Shown here piece after piece: positions 44,660-57,144 of a stretch of DNA of 64,000 nt. The stretch is taken from assembly GCA_000004985.1 (NCBI GenBank), contig GG738868.1; one strand, given 5' to 3'. How positions within the stretch are numbered: the stretch's first letter is position 1; every line of letters begins with the position of its first letter. A program made the translations under genes and the position numbers. The notes under the pieces were generated by a model. The model saw nothing but the letters and a program-made list of their open reading frames with translations, was not told the origin of the DNA and ran no database searches. The DNA comes from Naegleria gruberi. Taxonomy: Eukaryota.

Positions 44660-46735
44660 TTACTGTTTATTCAAAGTGAGGGAACAATAATCAGAAAGCT
44701 TTCTCATTCCATACAAGTTAGCATAATCAAGTAAGGAATTCTTAACAGGAGGAGATTTGATAGCAGAAATCATTAATAGGTCGTAACAGTACTTGATAAT
44801 CATTTCAGATATCTTTAAATCTTTGCATTCGACCATCTCATAAAATGTATCCTTTTCATTATTCTTATTTTTGAATAATTCCTCAAAGAAATGACTGTTG
44901 GAGGATAGAACAGTCTTGTGGCAATAGAATTTCTCCTTTCCAATAATTATGGTAACATCACTCGACGTTTTATCATTGAAAAGAGACGATAGATTCTTCT
45001 TTTCGCTCGCATTCTCTTGGATGTGGATATTTGGAGTTGTTCTCTCACTAATTTTGTAAGCAATTAGAGTTATATGTTTAAGAATGTTGGAATGTTGAAG
45101 AATTTGAGGTGAATCTCTCAAAAAACTAGCTGCCATGCAAATGCAATACTCAAACAATTGATTGAGGATTATATTATCAGGCAGTATTTCAATATATTGC
45201 TCTATCTTTTCCATCATAAAGTGAATATTTTCTTGACAACAAGTTTTCTTAATCTTTTTTACAAGTGACTTTTTCATTTCTATAAATTCACATCCTTGAA
45301 ATAATCCTAAAATTGACAAGATATCTATTGGATCGTAATTGTCTTGCCAATTTTTGACAGGTTCATAAATTATATCATCGATTAAATATTGTACAATTTC
45401 ATGTTGAGTTGTGCTCATCTTCTTCAGAATGTCACATTTCAACACTGATTCATAAAATTGGGGTGAAGCCATCTTGATGAGATAGCTCACTCCCTGAATA
45501 TTAGTATTATCCACACGATCCCAATAATACTTTTTCATTCTTCCACCTGAATTCAGATATTTGGTAGTTGAAATCTTTCTAATATAATTATTTCCTCCAT
45601 CGACCACATAGACATCTCCAGTTTCATTATCAATTGCAATATCTGATGGATTATTGAATTTAGCCATTCTAACTGGACCATCCTGATAACCCTCCTCGGT
45701 TGTTCCAGCAATAGTTACCAAAGTTCTATCCCTATTAATCTTACAAATTCTATTATTGTAAATGTCAGTAAATAGAATTTCACCTTCTTGACTGATGGCA
45801 ATTCCAGATGGACCATTCAACATGACATCTAAGGCATCCATTTGATCTCCATTAAATCCCTTCTCTCCTGTTCCTGCAATAGTGGTGATTATTCCACAAG
45901 TTGATATCTTTCGAATAACATTATTACCCGAATCTGAAAAATAGACATCCCCTCTCTGATTCACTGCAATTCCAGTTGGACAACGAATTCTAGCATAAAA
46001 TGCAAACCCACCATCTCCATCATACCCCTTCTCTCCAAAACCAGCCACGGTGTGAATCAATCCATTCCTTAGAGAAACCCTTCTAATTCTATTATTGTGA
46101 TAATCTGAAATGAAAAGTTCCTGTTCTCTCTCATCAATGGCAATTCCTGTTGGAAAGTACAAGTCAGCATGAATGGCTGGTATTCCATCTCCATTGTAAC
46201 CTTCTCTGCCAGTTCCTGCAATAGTTGAAATACTTCCATCCACAGCAGAAACCTTACGAATTCTATGATTGTGTCTATCAGCAATGTATAAATCACCATT
46301 CTCACATCTGGCAATTCTTGTTGGATAGCTCAACTTGGATACAGTGGCTACACAGCCATCTCTATTAAATCCTCTCTCTCCACAACCAGCAATGGTTGTA
46401 ATAATGCCTGATTTGATTCTTCTAATCTTGTGATTTCCATAATCTGAAACAAGTAATTCCCTCTCACCATTTGGTGTCCTTTCTCCCAATGCAATACCAG
46501 CTGGCGAATTGAATGGTGTCAAATGACTCGATGATTCACTATCTGAACCATAACCTTCATGGTCTATTCCTGAAATTGTACTCACATTCAATTCTGTATT
46601 AGTGTGTTCGTATTCATCAGTGATGTCATCATTAATAGCCAATGAGGAGTTGTTGACATTATTTGTTAAAATAGACAATCCTGATGATGGTGCTAATGTT
46701 CTAAATGTGGCAGCTCGAGCAAATAGTGAAGTCAT
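44660..46735 (-). CDS. NHL-repeat beta-propeller protein with C-terminal BTB/POZ domain
   Basis: Minus ORF 44660..46882. The likely start is ATG 46735 (MTSLFARAATFRTL...). Six NHL-like blades (LYIADRHNHRIRKV, LFISDYHNNRIRRV, VYFSDSGNNVIRKI, ILFTDIYNNRICKI, VYVVDGGNNYIRKI) and a BTB (DVTIIIGKEKFYCHKTVLSSNSHFFEELF). Confidence 0.7.
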   Translation of the reverse strand: MTSLFARAATFRTLAPSSGLSILTNNVNNSSLAINDDITDEYEHTNTELNVSTISGIDHEGYGSDSESSSHLTPFNSPAGIALGERTPNGERELLVSDYGNHKIRRIKSGIITTIAGCGERGFNRDGCVATVSKLSYPTRIARCENGDLYIADRHNHRIRKVSAVDGSISTIAGTGREGYNGDGIPAIHADLYFPTGIAIDEREQELFISDYHNNRIRRVSLRNGLIHTVAGFGEKGYDGDGGFAFYARIRCPTGIAVNQRGDVYFSDSGNNVIRKISTCGIITTIAGTGEKGFNGDQMDALDVMLNGPSGIAISQEGEILFTDIYNNRICKINRDRTLVTIAGTTEEGYQDGPVRMAKFNNPSDIAIDNETGDVYVVDGGNNYIRKISTTKYLNSGGRMKKYYWDRVDNTNIQGVSYLIKMASPQFYESVLKCDILKKMSTTQHEIVQYLIDDIIYEPVKNWQDNYDPIDILSILGLFQGCEFIEMKKSLVKKIKKTCCQENIHFMMEKIEQYIEILPDNIILNQLFEYCICMAASFLRDSPQILQHSNILKHITLIAYKISERTTPNIHIQENASEKKNLSSLFNDKTSSDVTIIIGKEKFYCHKTVLSSNSHFFEELFKNKNNEKDTFYEMVECKDLKISEMIIKYCYDLLMISAIKSPPVKNSLLDYANLYGMRKLSDYCSLTLNKQ

Positions 46736-46954
46736 TATGTTCTTTGTGTGGAAGTGAGAATAGGGTATTGTGTTTTTTTTTTTGATGTTGAATTCAATCA
46801 CTTCCAATGCCTGATCGAAGTCGATTTGTTTATTGATTGGCGCCAAAAAGGTGTTGAACACAAGAACATGAATCATTTTCATTTGCTACTATTATGGCTC
46901 GCCAACACAAAGACTGCTAAGGGGTGAATAGAGAAATAGATTGGCAAATTATTT

Positions 46955-47614
46955 TCAATCAAAATCAATGAGTGAGTGCACAAAGTTTGCAATTGTTTCC
47001 ACTGAAGCTAGAGCACCATTTCCTGTATCTCCACAAGCTAATAATTTACAAATAGGTTGAATAGTATAGACATTCAATTCCAATTCTAGAATTGACAATT
47101 GTTTGGCTGTGAATGGATGTTCATGCATGAGAGTATTCATGGCTGGAGCCACAACAAATGGAAAATTCTTCAAATCCCAAGCTCTGGCTACACATGTCAC
47201 TAAATTATCACAAATTCCATTTGAAATCTTTGCCAAAGTATTACAATCCAATGGAGCTATCAACAGTATTTGAGCCCATTTACGTAGTTCAATATGTAAG
47301 ACAGGATCTCCTCTCTTACTCCACATACTCCACTCATCTTCATCAGTGAAACATTCAATGGAATTGTCAACTTGATGAATTTGTTCCTTGGTTATGAAAT
47401 GTTGTGCTCCCTTGGTTAAAACAATTCTCAATTTGAATATTTTCATAGAATTGAATTGTCGTATCATGTCTGGTATTTTGATTGCTGCTACGGAACCTGT
47501 TGCACAAATTAATAAATTAATTAATAATGACGAAGAGGGTGGAATATTATCTTCTGTTGTTTGATCGGAAGGTGTTCGTTTTAATCTAGGCTTGTTATTA
47601 TTAGTATTGTTCAT
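46955..47614 (-). CDS. phosphopantothenoylcysteine decarboxylase (HFCD flavoprotein)
   Basis: CATGSVAAIKIP..., DEDEWSMWSKRGDPVLHIELRKWAQILLIAPLDCNTLAKISNGICDNLVTCVARAWD, PAMNTLMHEHPFT and CKLLACGD are collinear with PPCDC. Confidence 0.8.
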   Translation of the reverse strand: MNNTNNNKPRLKRTPSDQTTEDNIPPSSSLLINLLICATGSVAAIKIPDMIRQFNSMKIFKLRIVLTKGAQHFITKEQIHQVDNSIECFTDEDEWSMWSKRGDPVLHIELRKWAQILLIAPLDCNTLAKISNGICDNLVTCVARAWDLKNFPFVVAPAMNTLMHEHPFTAKQLSILELELNVYTIQPICKLLACGDTGNGALASVETIANFVHSLIDFD

Positions 47615-48098
47615 TGATGATGGAACTTCTGATGGTGGTTGATGAAAGGCAATCGTTGTTTGATTTTTTAATTAAAGAATAACATGTGTTCTCGAAGAGA
47701 GAAATCACAAATAAGAAGCAGAAAAACAGAAAGATGAGAAGAAGAATTGCATTACTACATAGGCCACTGGTCTTATACTAAGGAATAAAATTTTAGTCTT
47801 GACTTTCAAATCCTTCCCTTGTAAATATTGATATTATTATATTATAATATTTACAACATTTCCAAGTTATTCATGATGATGGTTCTTCTAAATAATTGGT
47901 ACCAATGATATCATTCATTAGACAAGCACAGAGAGTGAAGAGGTATTTCTTCTATTAAAAATGAGGATAAAAAATTTTATTGTAAAAAGTCCATAGACTA
48001 GACAACCTAAAATTATTAATTTTGTTTCGAAAAAAAAAGTCAAACAAGTAAGTGTCATCCACCGTTATTTACCAACAACATTTTTCTTCAACAGCAAG

Positions 48099-48668
48099 AT
48101 GTTCACTTCTCTTAGAAAGATCAAGAAGGGTAAGGACCAAGAAGTCTCCGAACTCGAAAAGCAAGTTGCTCAAGCTATCTTCGATTTGGAAGTCTACAAC
48201 AAGGATTTGAAGGCTGATCTCCAACCACTCCACTTTGTTGCTGCTCAAGAAGTCGCTATTGGTAAGGAAAAGCAATCTTTGGTCATCTTCGTCCCAGTCA
48301 GACAAGTCAAGGAATGGAGAAAGGTCCATGGTAAGGTTGTTAGAGAATTGGAAAAGAAGTTCAATGGTAAGCACGTCTTGATCGTTGGTCAAAGAAAGGC
48401 TGTCTCCAAGCCAACTGACCCAACCAAGGAACATAGACCAAGAGCTCGTTCTTTGGCTCAAGTCCAAGAAAGATTGTTGGAAGACGTCTGTTATCCAGTT
48501 GAAATCGTTGGTAAGAGAACCAGAACTCGTGTTGATGGATCTAAGCTCACCAAGATCTTCCTCGAAAATAAGGAAAAGTCTAACTTCGACCATAAAATCA
48601 AGACTTTCAACAAGGTTTGCAAGAGATTGACCGGAAAGAAGGTTTCCTATGAATTCGCCAATCTTTAA
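48099..48668 (+). CDS. RPS7: 40S ribosomal protein eS7
   Basis: 189 aa. IFVPVRQVKEWRKVHGKVVRELEKKFNGKHVLIVGQRK...RPRARSLAQVQERLLEDVCYPVEIVGKRTRTRVDGSKLTKIFL. Noticeably higher GC and biased codons compared with its neighbours. Confidence 0.9.
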   Translation: MFTSLRKIKKGKDQEVSELEKQVAQAIFDLEVYNKDLKADLQPLHFVAAQEVAIGKEKQSLVIFVPVRQVKEWRKVHGKVVRELEKKFNGKHVLIVGQRKAVSKPTDPTKEHRPRARSLAQVQERLLEDVCYPVEIVGKRTRTRVDGSKLTKIFLENKEKSNFDHKIKTFNKVCKRLTGKKVSYEFANL

Positions 48669-48932
48669 ATCTTTCTAAACATAAATATAAACAAAAAATT
48701 CTTCAAAACCTAATTTATTTAATATTTTTGTTATTATTCTTTCATCAGATAATTTGATTATATTTAAATATCTTGCCTTTCCAAGTTAAATCTTTGTTGA
48801 AAAATATCATTTCTTACTCCGTTGTGTGTTTTGTTGTTCATCAAATTATTATTAATATTATTGGTTCTTGATATTTATTGAAGAGGCAAAAGCTGAGGAA
48901 GAAGAATAACATTAAAAAAATTGAATTAAAAA

Positions 48933-50796
48933 ATGAGTGAATTGAAACTTGTTGCCGATTTGACCAATGCAGGAAACGTAGTAAAGGAAGTGTGTATATC
49001 AACAACTCATGCAGAAGATTCCGTATGTCATATTTGGGATGTTCAAACAGGAAATATCATCAACACATTAAAAAGAACAAGAAATAATCGTGGCTGTATT
49101 AGTTTTATTCCCGAACATTTATGTTTAATATCTGCTCAATCGGATAAGAGTAGAATTTTCATTTACGATATCAGAAAGGAACAACCATTATATGAATGTC
49201 CAGTTGCTGAAAAAATCACTAGTTTAGCCACTTATGGAATTTGGTGTTTTGGTGGAGGTGAAAATGGTACTGTTTATGTTTGGAATATTCTTACAGGAAA
49301 ATTATTGAGAATTTTCAATGCTCACTTGAAGACAATTACCTGTATGGATGTAAATAATGATTTCCTTGTTACTGGATCTCTTGATACACTTATTCAAGTT
49401 TGGAATTTGGCAGAGTATGTTTGTTCTTTATCTTGTTGTTAATCATCATGTATTATTTTCATTATATTTACTTCTATTCCTCATATGAATGGTATTGAAT
49501 CAATAATTTAATTGTGAATGAATGAAATCATAGCTTATTGGATATTAGAAATGATGAAAGACAAGTCACTCCAATCTATTCTCTTTCAAGTCACTCATTG
49601 GCTGTTACAAGTGTTAAATTCTCATCATCTAGTCATACTAAATTAATTACCACAAGTTTGGATAGAACATGTAAAATTTGGGATATTTCATCAGGCATTG
49701 AAATTACTTCAATTGTTTACCCATCAAGTGTTTTGTGTGGAGTTTTATGTAAGAATGAACATGATTTATTTGTTGGTTGTTCCAATGGATGCATATATCA
49801 AATGAATCTCTATCCACATAAACCTCAATATTTGGATGAAAGTAATCAAGATATGTATGACGATGATGAATATGATCCATTATTGAGTGGAGCTAGAATG
49901 GTGGTCAGTGAATTGGGAGCCAGTTCAAGTGGAACAAAGAATCTTACATTGGAAAGTGATACATCGAGTGATGGTTCCTCAACAAGAGGTTCAAGATATA
50001 TGTGTTATACATTTAAGGCCCACAGGTAGGTTTTCAAATTCAATTTTGGTTGAATTATCATTTAATAATTAGTAATGCTGTTACAACTTTGGAATTAACT
50101 CAAGATGGATTAATTATTGTCAGTGGTTCTAAGGATGGTAAATTAATTACTTGGGATGTTAAATCAAGACAACCTCTTGTTACTTTCAAGAAGCATTCCA
50201 TTGCTGTTGATACTGAAATTTCCAACTCTGTAATTTCCACCATCAACATGACTCAATTCTCCTCATTCCACAATAATGAAAATGTCAAGCAACACTCAGA
50301 TCAACAACAAAAACAAGCCAGAAATACATCATCCCTCTCTATTAAGCCATTGAAAAAGTTTGTTGATACACAAGGTCTCTTATTAGAAGTCAACTCAACC
50401 AATGACACTTGGAATACTCTCTTTGCTGATTCTGATTTTGATTTGAAACTTTCACAACATTTCAACACTCCTGAAAGCTCACTTACTTCCTCATTGGTTC
50501 ATCAATCCCTCTCCAAGATTAAGTACAAACCAAAGACAGTCTCTAGAGGCATTCAAAAGAAGGAATCTTTAATGGTTAAGAAACTTGTTGCATTACAAAA
50601 GAGATTTGCTGAAACTGAACAATTGTACAATCAACAAAAGTCTATCAATGATGATCTCCTTGAAATTGTTGAAAAATATCAAATGAAGGAAGAACAAGAA
50701 GCTGCTGCTGCTGCTGCTGTTGAGGAAAAGAAAAAGACATCATCAGCCAAGAAGGCTTCTTCTGGTGGCGGTTTCTTCCATAGAAAATTCCAATAA
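48933..50796 (+). CDS. WD40 protein, WDR18/Ipi3 (Rix1-complex)-like, 3 exons
   Basis: Exons 48933..49414, 49534..50025, 50073..50796. FKAH|SNAVTTLELTQDGLIIVSGSKDGKLITWDVKSRQPL matches WDR18 [44 protein letters not shown] and GTAGGT donors. Confidence 0.75.
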
Positions 50797-51388
50797 ATTC
50801 ACCTTAAACTTTAGATTCAAACTTTAAATAAATCACCACAATAAATACAATTTTGTTGATACTTTATCGAGAATAGTCAGCTTTAAATCCTTAGGAAATT
50901 AATTTTGTGATACGACGCAAATTTTACCAGCGACTGCATTTTGTTTGTGATGTGTTGTTGCTCTCTGCATTTTGCTTCCGTGGCAAATAATTCAACGGAC
51001 AATGGCAAAAAATCAAGCTGTCAAATGTTAAAAAATTTATTTGGTGGAGAAGCAGTAACACTTTTTTCCTTTTCCTTCAAGATATCATTGCATTTTTGTC
51101 GCAATGCACTTTGTCCATAGTAATAAACACACTCTATTTCATCATCTCATCTTATATAGTCCAATGCTGACTCTATTTTTTGGTTGTTTTACATCTTGCC
51201 GCTTGGCATAACACTTATTTTTCCGATTTCAGAAGAAAGGTGATTGGGTATCAAGTCATCAGAGTGACAGTAACATGTGTATTGCAAAATACCAGGAGCA
51301 AAAGCAAAGGCAACGGCTTTGAGTCGTATCACATTTTAATTTTCTAAAGAAATTATGGAAAAAATTTATGAATGAATTGTTTCACTTT

Positions 51389-52132
51389 TTAAAGATTTTT
51401 CGAGTCAATATTCCAACATGAAAATCCTTCAACAATTTCTAGTAAGGATCTTTCCTCAATTCTAAATGAATTTTCCCTGAATATTTGTAAATTGAAATTA
51501 GATGGTGAATGCAAAATATCTGAAACTCTCACTCCTAAAATATCCTTTCCAACTGCAATGAAAATGATCGAATTGATATCAGAAACTTGCTGAAGAGCTG
51601 GATATTTACAAATCATATCTAATGATTCAAGTTTTGAGAATCGAACAGGACCAGAAATAATGTTGAGTTTCGGATTTAGAAATTTTCTGTCAGCATCCCA
51701 TTCGAAACCATGGACAAACTCCAACAATGAAGGTGGAATAACCAAATTCAAATCATAATATTGCTTAATATTTCCGTCAAAATTGGATCTAAAAGGAATA
51801 GTTTCCTTTATCATTGCGACTATTCGATTGTCTAGAATTCTCTTATAGGGATTTTGTGTTTTAGGGAGAGGTGGGAGAGTTCTTATAAGAATCTTTCGTA
51901 TTTCATTTTTGTCCAGTTCGCAACTCTCATCATTAAGTAATTCGTCCAACGGTGATGAAGAGGAAGAAAAGTTTTCTATCGAATCGTAACTGTTAGAAAT
52001 GTTTCGTTTCATATAGGAATCCTTATCAATATGACAAGAGCTTATTGAACCATTGGATGAACGATGAAGAAGTGAACCAACACTCGAAGAAGCAGATCCC
52101 AAACAAACTGCAGATGAGGTAATTGCTGGCAT
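51389..52132 (-). CDS. hypothetical Ser-rich protein
   Basis: Minus ORF 51389..52216. Likely start ATG 52132 (MPAITSSAVCLG...). No family recognised. Confidence 0.35.
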   Translation of the reverse strand: MPAITSSAVCLGSASSSVGSLLHRSSNGSISSCHIDKDSYMKRNISNSYDSIENFSSSSSPLDELLNDESCELDKNEIRKILIRTLPPLPKTQNPYKRILDNRIVAMIKETIPFRSNFDGNIKQYYDLNLVIPPSLLEFVHGFEWDADRKFLNPKLNIISGPVRFSKLESLDMICKYPALQQVSDINSIIFIAVGKDILGVRVSDILHSPSNFNLQIFRENSFRIEERSLLEIVEGFSCWNIDSKNL

Positions 52133-52262
52133 TTTATTGTAAATAAAGAAATGAAATTGACACTTATTGATGTGATACTTTACAGATAATGAATAATTGT
52201 TCGTGTAAAGATACATCTTACAAGTATATTTTCATTTTATTAGTTTGAGAAATGAATGTGTA

Positions 52263-54491
52263 CTATTTTCTATCCCAGCGCTTAAAACGAAGAGCCAGAT
52301 AAATGGCAATTCTCATAATAATGAGCATTCCAAAGAGAATTAGGACATTGCCCCAGATTGGAATGTGATTGCTACCTTCAAAATAATAATTGAGGGCATC
52401 TTCTCCAGATTTAAAACAAGTAGAGGAGGTAAGTGTGGCAACAGTTTGATTCCAATTCAATTCCGAACATAATTGCTCTGTATATGGCTCAATAGATATT
52501 TGAGAGCTTCCATTGATAGGGATTGAAGTTCCATTTCTGAATGAGCAAATATCAGTCATGTTAACGGTAGAGAGGATCTTATTAGTAGAAGAGCATTCAA
52601 AAGACATTCCACTCAATTCGGCTTGTGCCAAAGCATGAACTGAATATCTGAATAAACTGGTATATGAGAATGGATAAAACCATCCACCAATTTGAGTATT
52701 TCTAATAAGGAAACCGCTGAAGCTCCTAAAAGATGAAAATAGTTATTAATTTGCTTAGAAATTATTAAACTAAACTTACATCCAAATTGTAATGACAACA
52801 GAGAGAATCAAGTTGCCAACACCAACAGACTCACAAAGAGCTCCAATAAACAAACCAATTGATTCACTCAACCACTGAACAAGAATCATAATTGCACAAA
52901 AAATAAAAAAGTTGCCTGGATTGTTCTGAAAACCAACCAACCAATAGGCACAAATTAAGTTGACAATTGGGAAAATTGCTTCAACAGGAATGTGGACAAT
53001 AGTGTATGATGTGTAGTATGTGAGAGTGCTGTACAGATTCGATTCTCGTTCTCTTGTGAAGAGTAATCTCTGTTGAGGGAAGGTAGAAACAACAGATGTT
53101 GCAGGAACAATAGCAAAACAAGTAACAAGGAAAAATAAGGCAGAAATTCTATCTGTAATGCCCTGTTGATCTGCACTGAGCTTAAAGTAGAGAAGTCCAC
53201 AAAATAGTCCCAGAAATACTGCTTGAACAAGTTCAGAAAGGACCAACAAAGGATCTCTAAAGGTGGATCTCAGATTTCTATAGGTTAAAACGAGTAACTT
53301 TAGAAAACCTTCAATGAGGATGGATTGAATATTTCTTCTTTCATCAGAGTCTGTGAGAGGGTTATCCAACACACTACCAGTACTAGTTTGAGAGGAATTA
53401 TATTTGGATTTGTAAAATGAAGAGAGCAAATCAATCCTATTCTGAATGATTTCAAGTTGTTGTTCCATTGTCTTTTCTCCATCATTATCGATACAAATTT
53501 CAATACAAGATCCACTCTTTGCAACAACAGCTTCTGAAACAGAGGAGGTCATACTTTTTTCTTGTCTCAAATATGGATCCGAGACAATGGAAATAAGAAA
53601 ATCAGCTGGATTTGTGTCTTCTGGAATTGGATAATCAATCTTTTTCAAATAACTTTTAACCTGTGAAACTGGGCCACAGTAAACAAGTTTACCCTTGGCA
53701 AGAAGAATCACATTATCAAATATGCCAAATAACTCTGACGATGGTTGGTGAACGGTGGCTACAATTGTCTTGCCTTGCTCATGTGCCAATCTCTGCAACT
53801 TTTTTCCAATTTCTAAAGAAGTATACGAATCCAATCCTGAACTATATTCATCCAACAATAGTAAATCAGGATTGTTGATCAATTGAATAGAAAGAGAAGT
53901 TCTTTTTTTTTGACCTCCTGAAGCACCCTTCTTTTGTTCAGTACCAATTTTAACATTTCTATGAGGATATAATCCAATATCATTCTCAACCTGGAAGGTT
54001 CTTTCGCTACACATTTTCCAAATATCTGACAACTTGTTACCCTCCTTGTGTTTGTACTTTAACAGAGAAGATTCTAACAGGATTTCATGAATAGTGTCTG
54101 TGGATAATAAAATATCATCTTGATAGACATAGCCTCCTTGTTTGTGAAACAACTTTTTGGTTAGGGGTTGTCCTTTGAAAGTGATGGTTCCAGAACATCC
54201 CTTCCTTACACGTTTAGAAATAATGTCAAGCAAAGAGCTCTTTCCTCCTCCACTCCCCCCAATTATCATCGTTAATTGTCCAGAGGGAATGGTGCATGAA
54301 ATGTCAGACAGAATTTGTTTTTTCTTTCTTTTGAATCCAATATTCTCCAAAATCAAGGCTTGAGAAGCATTCGGCAATTCATGATGAAATTGCTGGGTTA
54401 AAAAAGCATCCTCCATTGACAATGTAGTACTAGTTGAAGATTCAGCAATTTGTAAAGCTTGTTGTGTTTGAAATTCGTTCATATTTGTCAT
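52263..54491 (-). CDS. ABC transporter, G-family (white-type) half transporter, 2 exons
   Basis: Minus exons 52780..54491 and 52263..52725. Walker A GGSGGGKSSLL, signature GASGGQKKRTSLS, Walker B LLLLDEYSSGLDS, then a 6-TM domain. Junction ...ITIWM|SFSGFLIRNTQIGGWFYPFSY (GTAAGT donor, TAG acceptor). Confidence 0.85.
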
Positions 54492-55478
54492 TATAATATT
54501 TTGTTATTTCTTTTTCCATTAGTAATACGAGGAGGTAGGTTTGATTTTATAGCAAACAAGGCAGCCAACCATCTCTATCGAAAATAATGCTTTGATTCCT
54601 CTTGTGATTGGTCCTCGGGTTCTGAAAAATGATTGAAGTCCAATGTCCACTCCACTGTTCATTTTCAAAAAACCACTCCAACTTGCCGCCAATTTTTAAG
54701 AATCACATGTACCTTTTTTTAATATCCATCATCAGCAAGGTCGAATTTTTCCAAATCATCATCAAATTATTTAATAGTAATTTATATTATTAAAATATTG
54801 ATCCACCATTTGTAGCACATTAATTGAATATCATCAAATTTTTGTTTAATTTTGTTCTCGTGTGTTTGTCGCTGCAATTCATGAAAAAAGATTTAAGAAA
54901 CTATGATCGCACCCGAGTATTTTAGTTTTGGTCATTTTTTTTTTGAAAAGAAAAAAAAGGTAAATTGAATGGCGGGTAGCTTTTTGAAATTGAAACGTAA
55001 CTAATTCAGCTTCGACTAGAACAATCTAAAGACAGATATCATTGTGAATAAAAATTTAAACACAGGAGTGCGTTTGTTACTAGACAATTAAGTGTGTGTA
55101 CTGTTTGAATTGAGTAAGGTGAGTGAGGTTAATGAGTGAGGTTTCAATTTCAAATCTATTCGAAATATTAAAGCTGAAAAGAGAACTGCATGTGCAACTT
55201 TGGTGAAAACCAAATTTCTTACAGCAACTATTGTACGACAATATGACTTAGTTTTAGATTCTGTTCATGTAATTATGATTCAGTATAGAATTATTGATCT
55301 TTGGGGAAATAGTCTATCATTTAACACGTGAAAAAGAGTACATCCACTTCTAAGGGTCAGTAAATATCTTTGCACCAGTCAGTCAATGCTGGATAGAATT
55401 TGGTGTTGAGGTTTGATCTGTAACCAAAGTGCAAGATTATAATTTTCTGTGGTTTTCATTGGATTCACGATCAAAAAA

Positions 55479-57050
55479 ATGTCAACAATTCATAGAATTG
55501 GGTTGTCAACAAGGTTGTTAATGATATTGTTGATTACAATCTTGTCAATCAATTCAATTGACTCATATCAACATTACAACAATATTTCAATATATTACAG
55601 TAGTGATATTTATATAGATCCATGCAATAATAACACAACACCTTATCCATGTTTTAACAAGGTATTAATACTTGACAATTCCCAAATATCTTTCTTTCGA
55701 TCACAATATCAAACTCTCTTTTTATTCAACAGTTATTTGGATTTATGTGAAATTTACACAATACAAGATACAAGTTATTGTCTTGAATGGGAAAATTACA
55801 CATTCAGTCCGTCCTTTCAAGACTATTGCATGTATTGTAATAAGGTTGACAATGAGTTGAGAAGAAAACTATGGAACGATTTCCCATTCATTCATCGAAA
55901 TGTAATCAACAACTCATCAATGGAATTGTGCAAAAGTGAGAGAGCTACACCAGTGCTGACGAGTTTTATTGGTGCTAACTTTACAATTCCAGATATTTTG
56001 TGTTATTGTGAAAAGGATCAGTTTTGGGCGAGTGATTGTAATCAAGTGCATTCGTATAGAACTTTCTATGCTTTTCAGTATTTGATTGAGATATTTTCGT
56101 TCATTGTGTCGACTGTGTCGATTATTGTGTTATTAATACCAACAGTGTTGCATTTGAGAATATTTAAATGGGTGAGAGTGCACATTAAGAAATTTAATAC
56201 CAAAATTAGAATTTTGTGGAATGGAAATGGAAATAATGAAGTGGGATTTTTAAATGATGATGAAATTTATTTGAAAAACCATTTGATTTGGTTCAATGTC
56301 AAGCATTTAGTATTATTTTTTAAAATAATAATTCCAATTACCATTTTAGTATATTCTATAGTTAGAACAGTTATTTTATTTGGATTTAAGGAATATTTTT
56401 CTGTAAGATATGTACAAGCAGTTGTATATTATATTACTTTATTATGTTTATTTACAATAACTATTATTTGGATGAATTTTGTTTTGAAAGAAAAGAAAAA
56501 ACAAGAAAATGATAATTTGTTAATTTATTTAAGAATTGTTTTTGTGATTGGAATTGTATTACTATTGAGTGTTGCTATTGCATTCACTGCTTTATCCCTT
56601 TCAGGAGAATCTATGGGAAGTGGAATTTTATTGATAATTCTAGTTTCCATTTTTATAACTTTGAGCATCTTACTTACTATATTTGGGTTAAAATTATTTA
56701 TTGATTTAACAAGAAGCAAAACGATTAAAGACCGAGCATCCTCGTTCAAATCATTGAAATTCACCAAATTTATACTTCTCATTAACATTTCCTTTATCGT
56801 TTTGTGTTGTTTCTTTTTGGCATTTGCTGTAGAGAACTTGACACAAGGTAGTTTTGAGAGAGGAACTGAATCACCAATGATATTTATTGTAATCATGGAG
56901 CCAATAGTCGAAATATTAATCATTTGGTTGTTATTGTTATTGACCTTTTACATGTCAAGTGTAAAATCAGTTTTAGATATTTATGAGTTTGTGTATTGGC
57001 CATTAAGAAGTTTAACTTGTAATTGTTTTGGAATAAGTTTGGAAAATTAA
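55479..57050 (+). CDS. 7-transmembrane receptor-like protein with Cys-rich N-terminal ectodomain
   Basis: Signal peptide (LLMILLITILSINS), a ~170-aa Cys-rich N-glycosylated ectodomain, then seven hydrophobic helices (IEIFSFIVSTVSIIVLLIP ... IFIVIMEPIVEILIIWLLLLLTFYM). No family-specific motif recognised. Confidence 0.5.
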   Translation: MSTIHRIGLSTRLLMILLITILSINSIDSYQHYNNISIYYSSDIYIDPCNNNTTPYPCFNKVLILDNSQISFFRSQYQTLFLFNSYLDLCEIYTIQDTSYCLEWENYTFSPSFQDYCMYCNKVDNELRRKLWNDFPFIHRNVINNSSMELCKSERATPVLTSFIGANFTIPDILCYCEKDQFWASDCNQVHSYRTFYAFQYLIEIFSFIVSTVSIIVLLIPTVLHLRIFKWVRVHIKKFNTKIRILWNGNGNNEVGFLNDDEIYLKNHLIWFNVKHLVLFFKIIIPITILVYSIVRTVILFGFKEYFSVRYVQAVVYYITLLCLFTITIIWMNFVLKEKKKQENDNLLIYLRIVFVIGIVLLLSVAIAFTALSLSGESMGSGILLIILVSIFITLSILLTIFGLKLFIDLTRSKTIKDRASSFKSLKFTKFILLINISFIVLCCFFLAFAVENLTQGSFERGTESPMIFIVIMEPIVEILIIWLLLLLTFYMSSVKSVLDIYEFVYWPLRSLTCNCFGISLEN

Positions 57051-57144
57051 TAAACTACTGTGGAGTGTTCATTCTAAGCAAGTTTTCTAAATATCATAAT
57101 ATACATATTTATTTAAATTGGAAACTACAAACCCTCGTATTCCT

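Noticed and set aside
48069-48593. 174-aa minus ORF
   Set aside because: Antisense to the GC-richer, strongly conserved eS7 gene.
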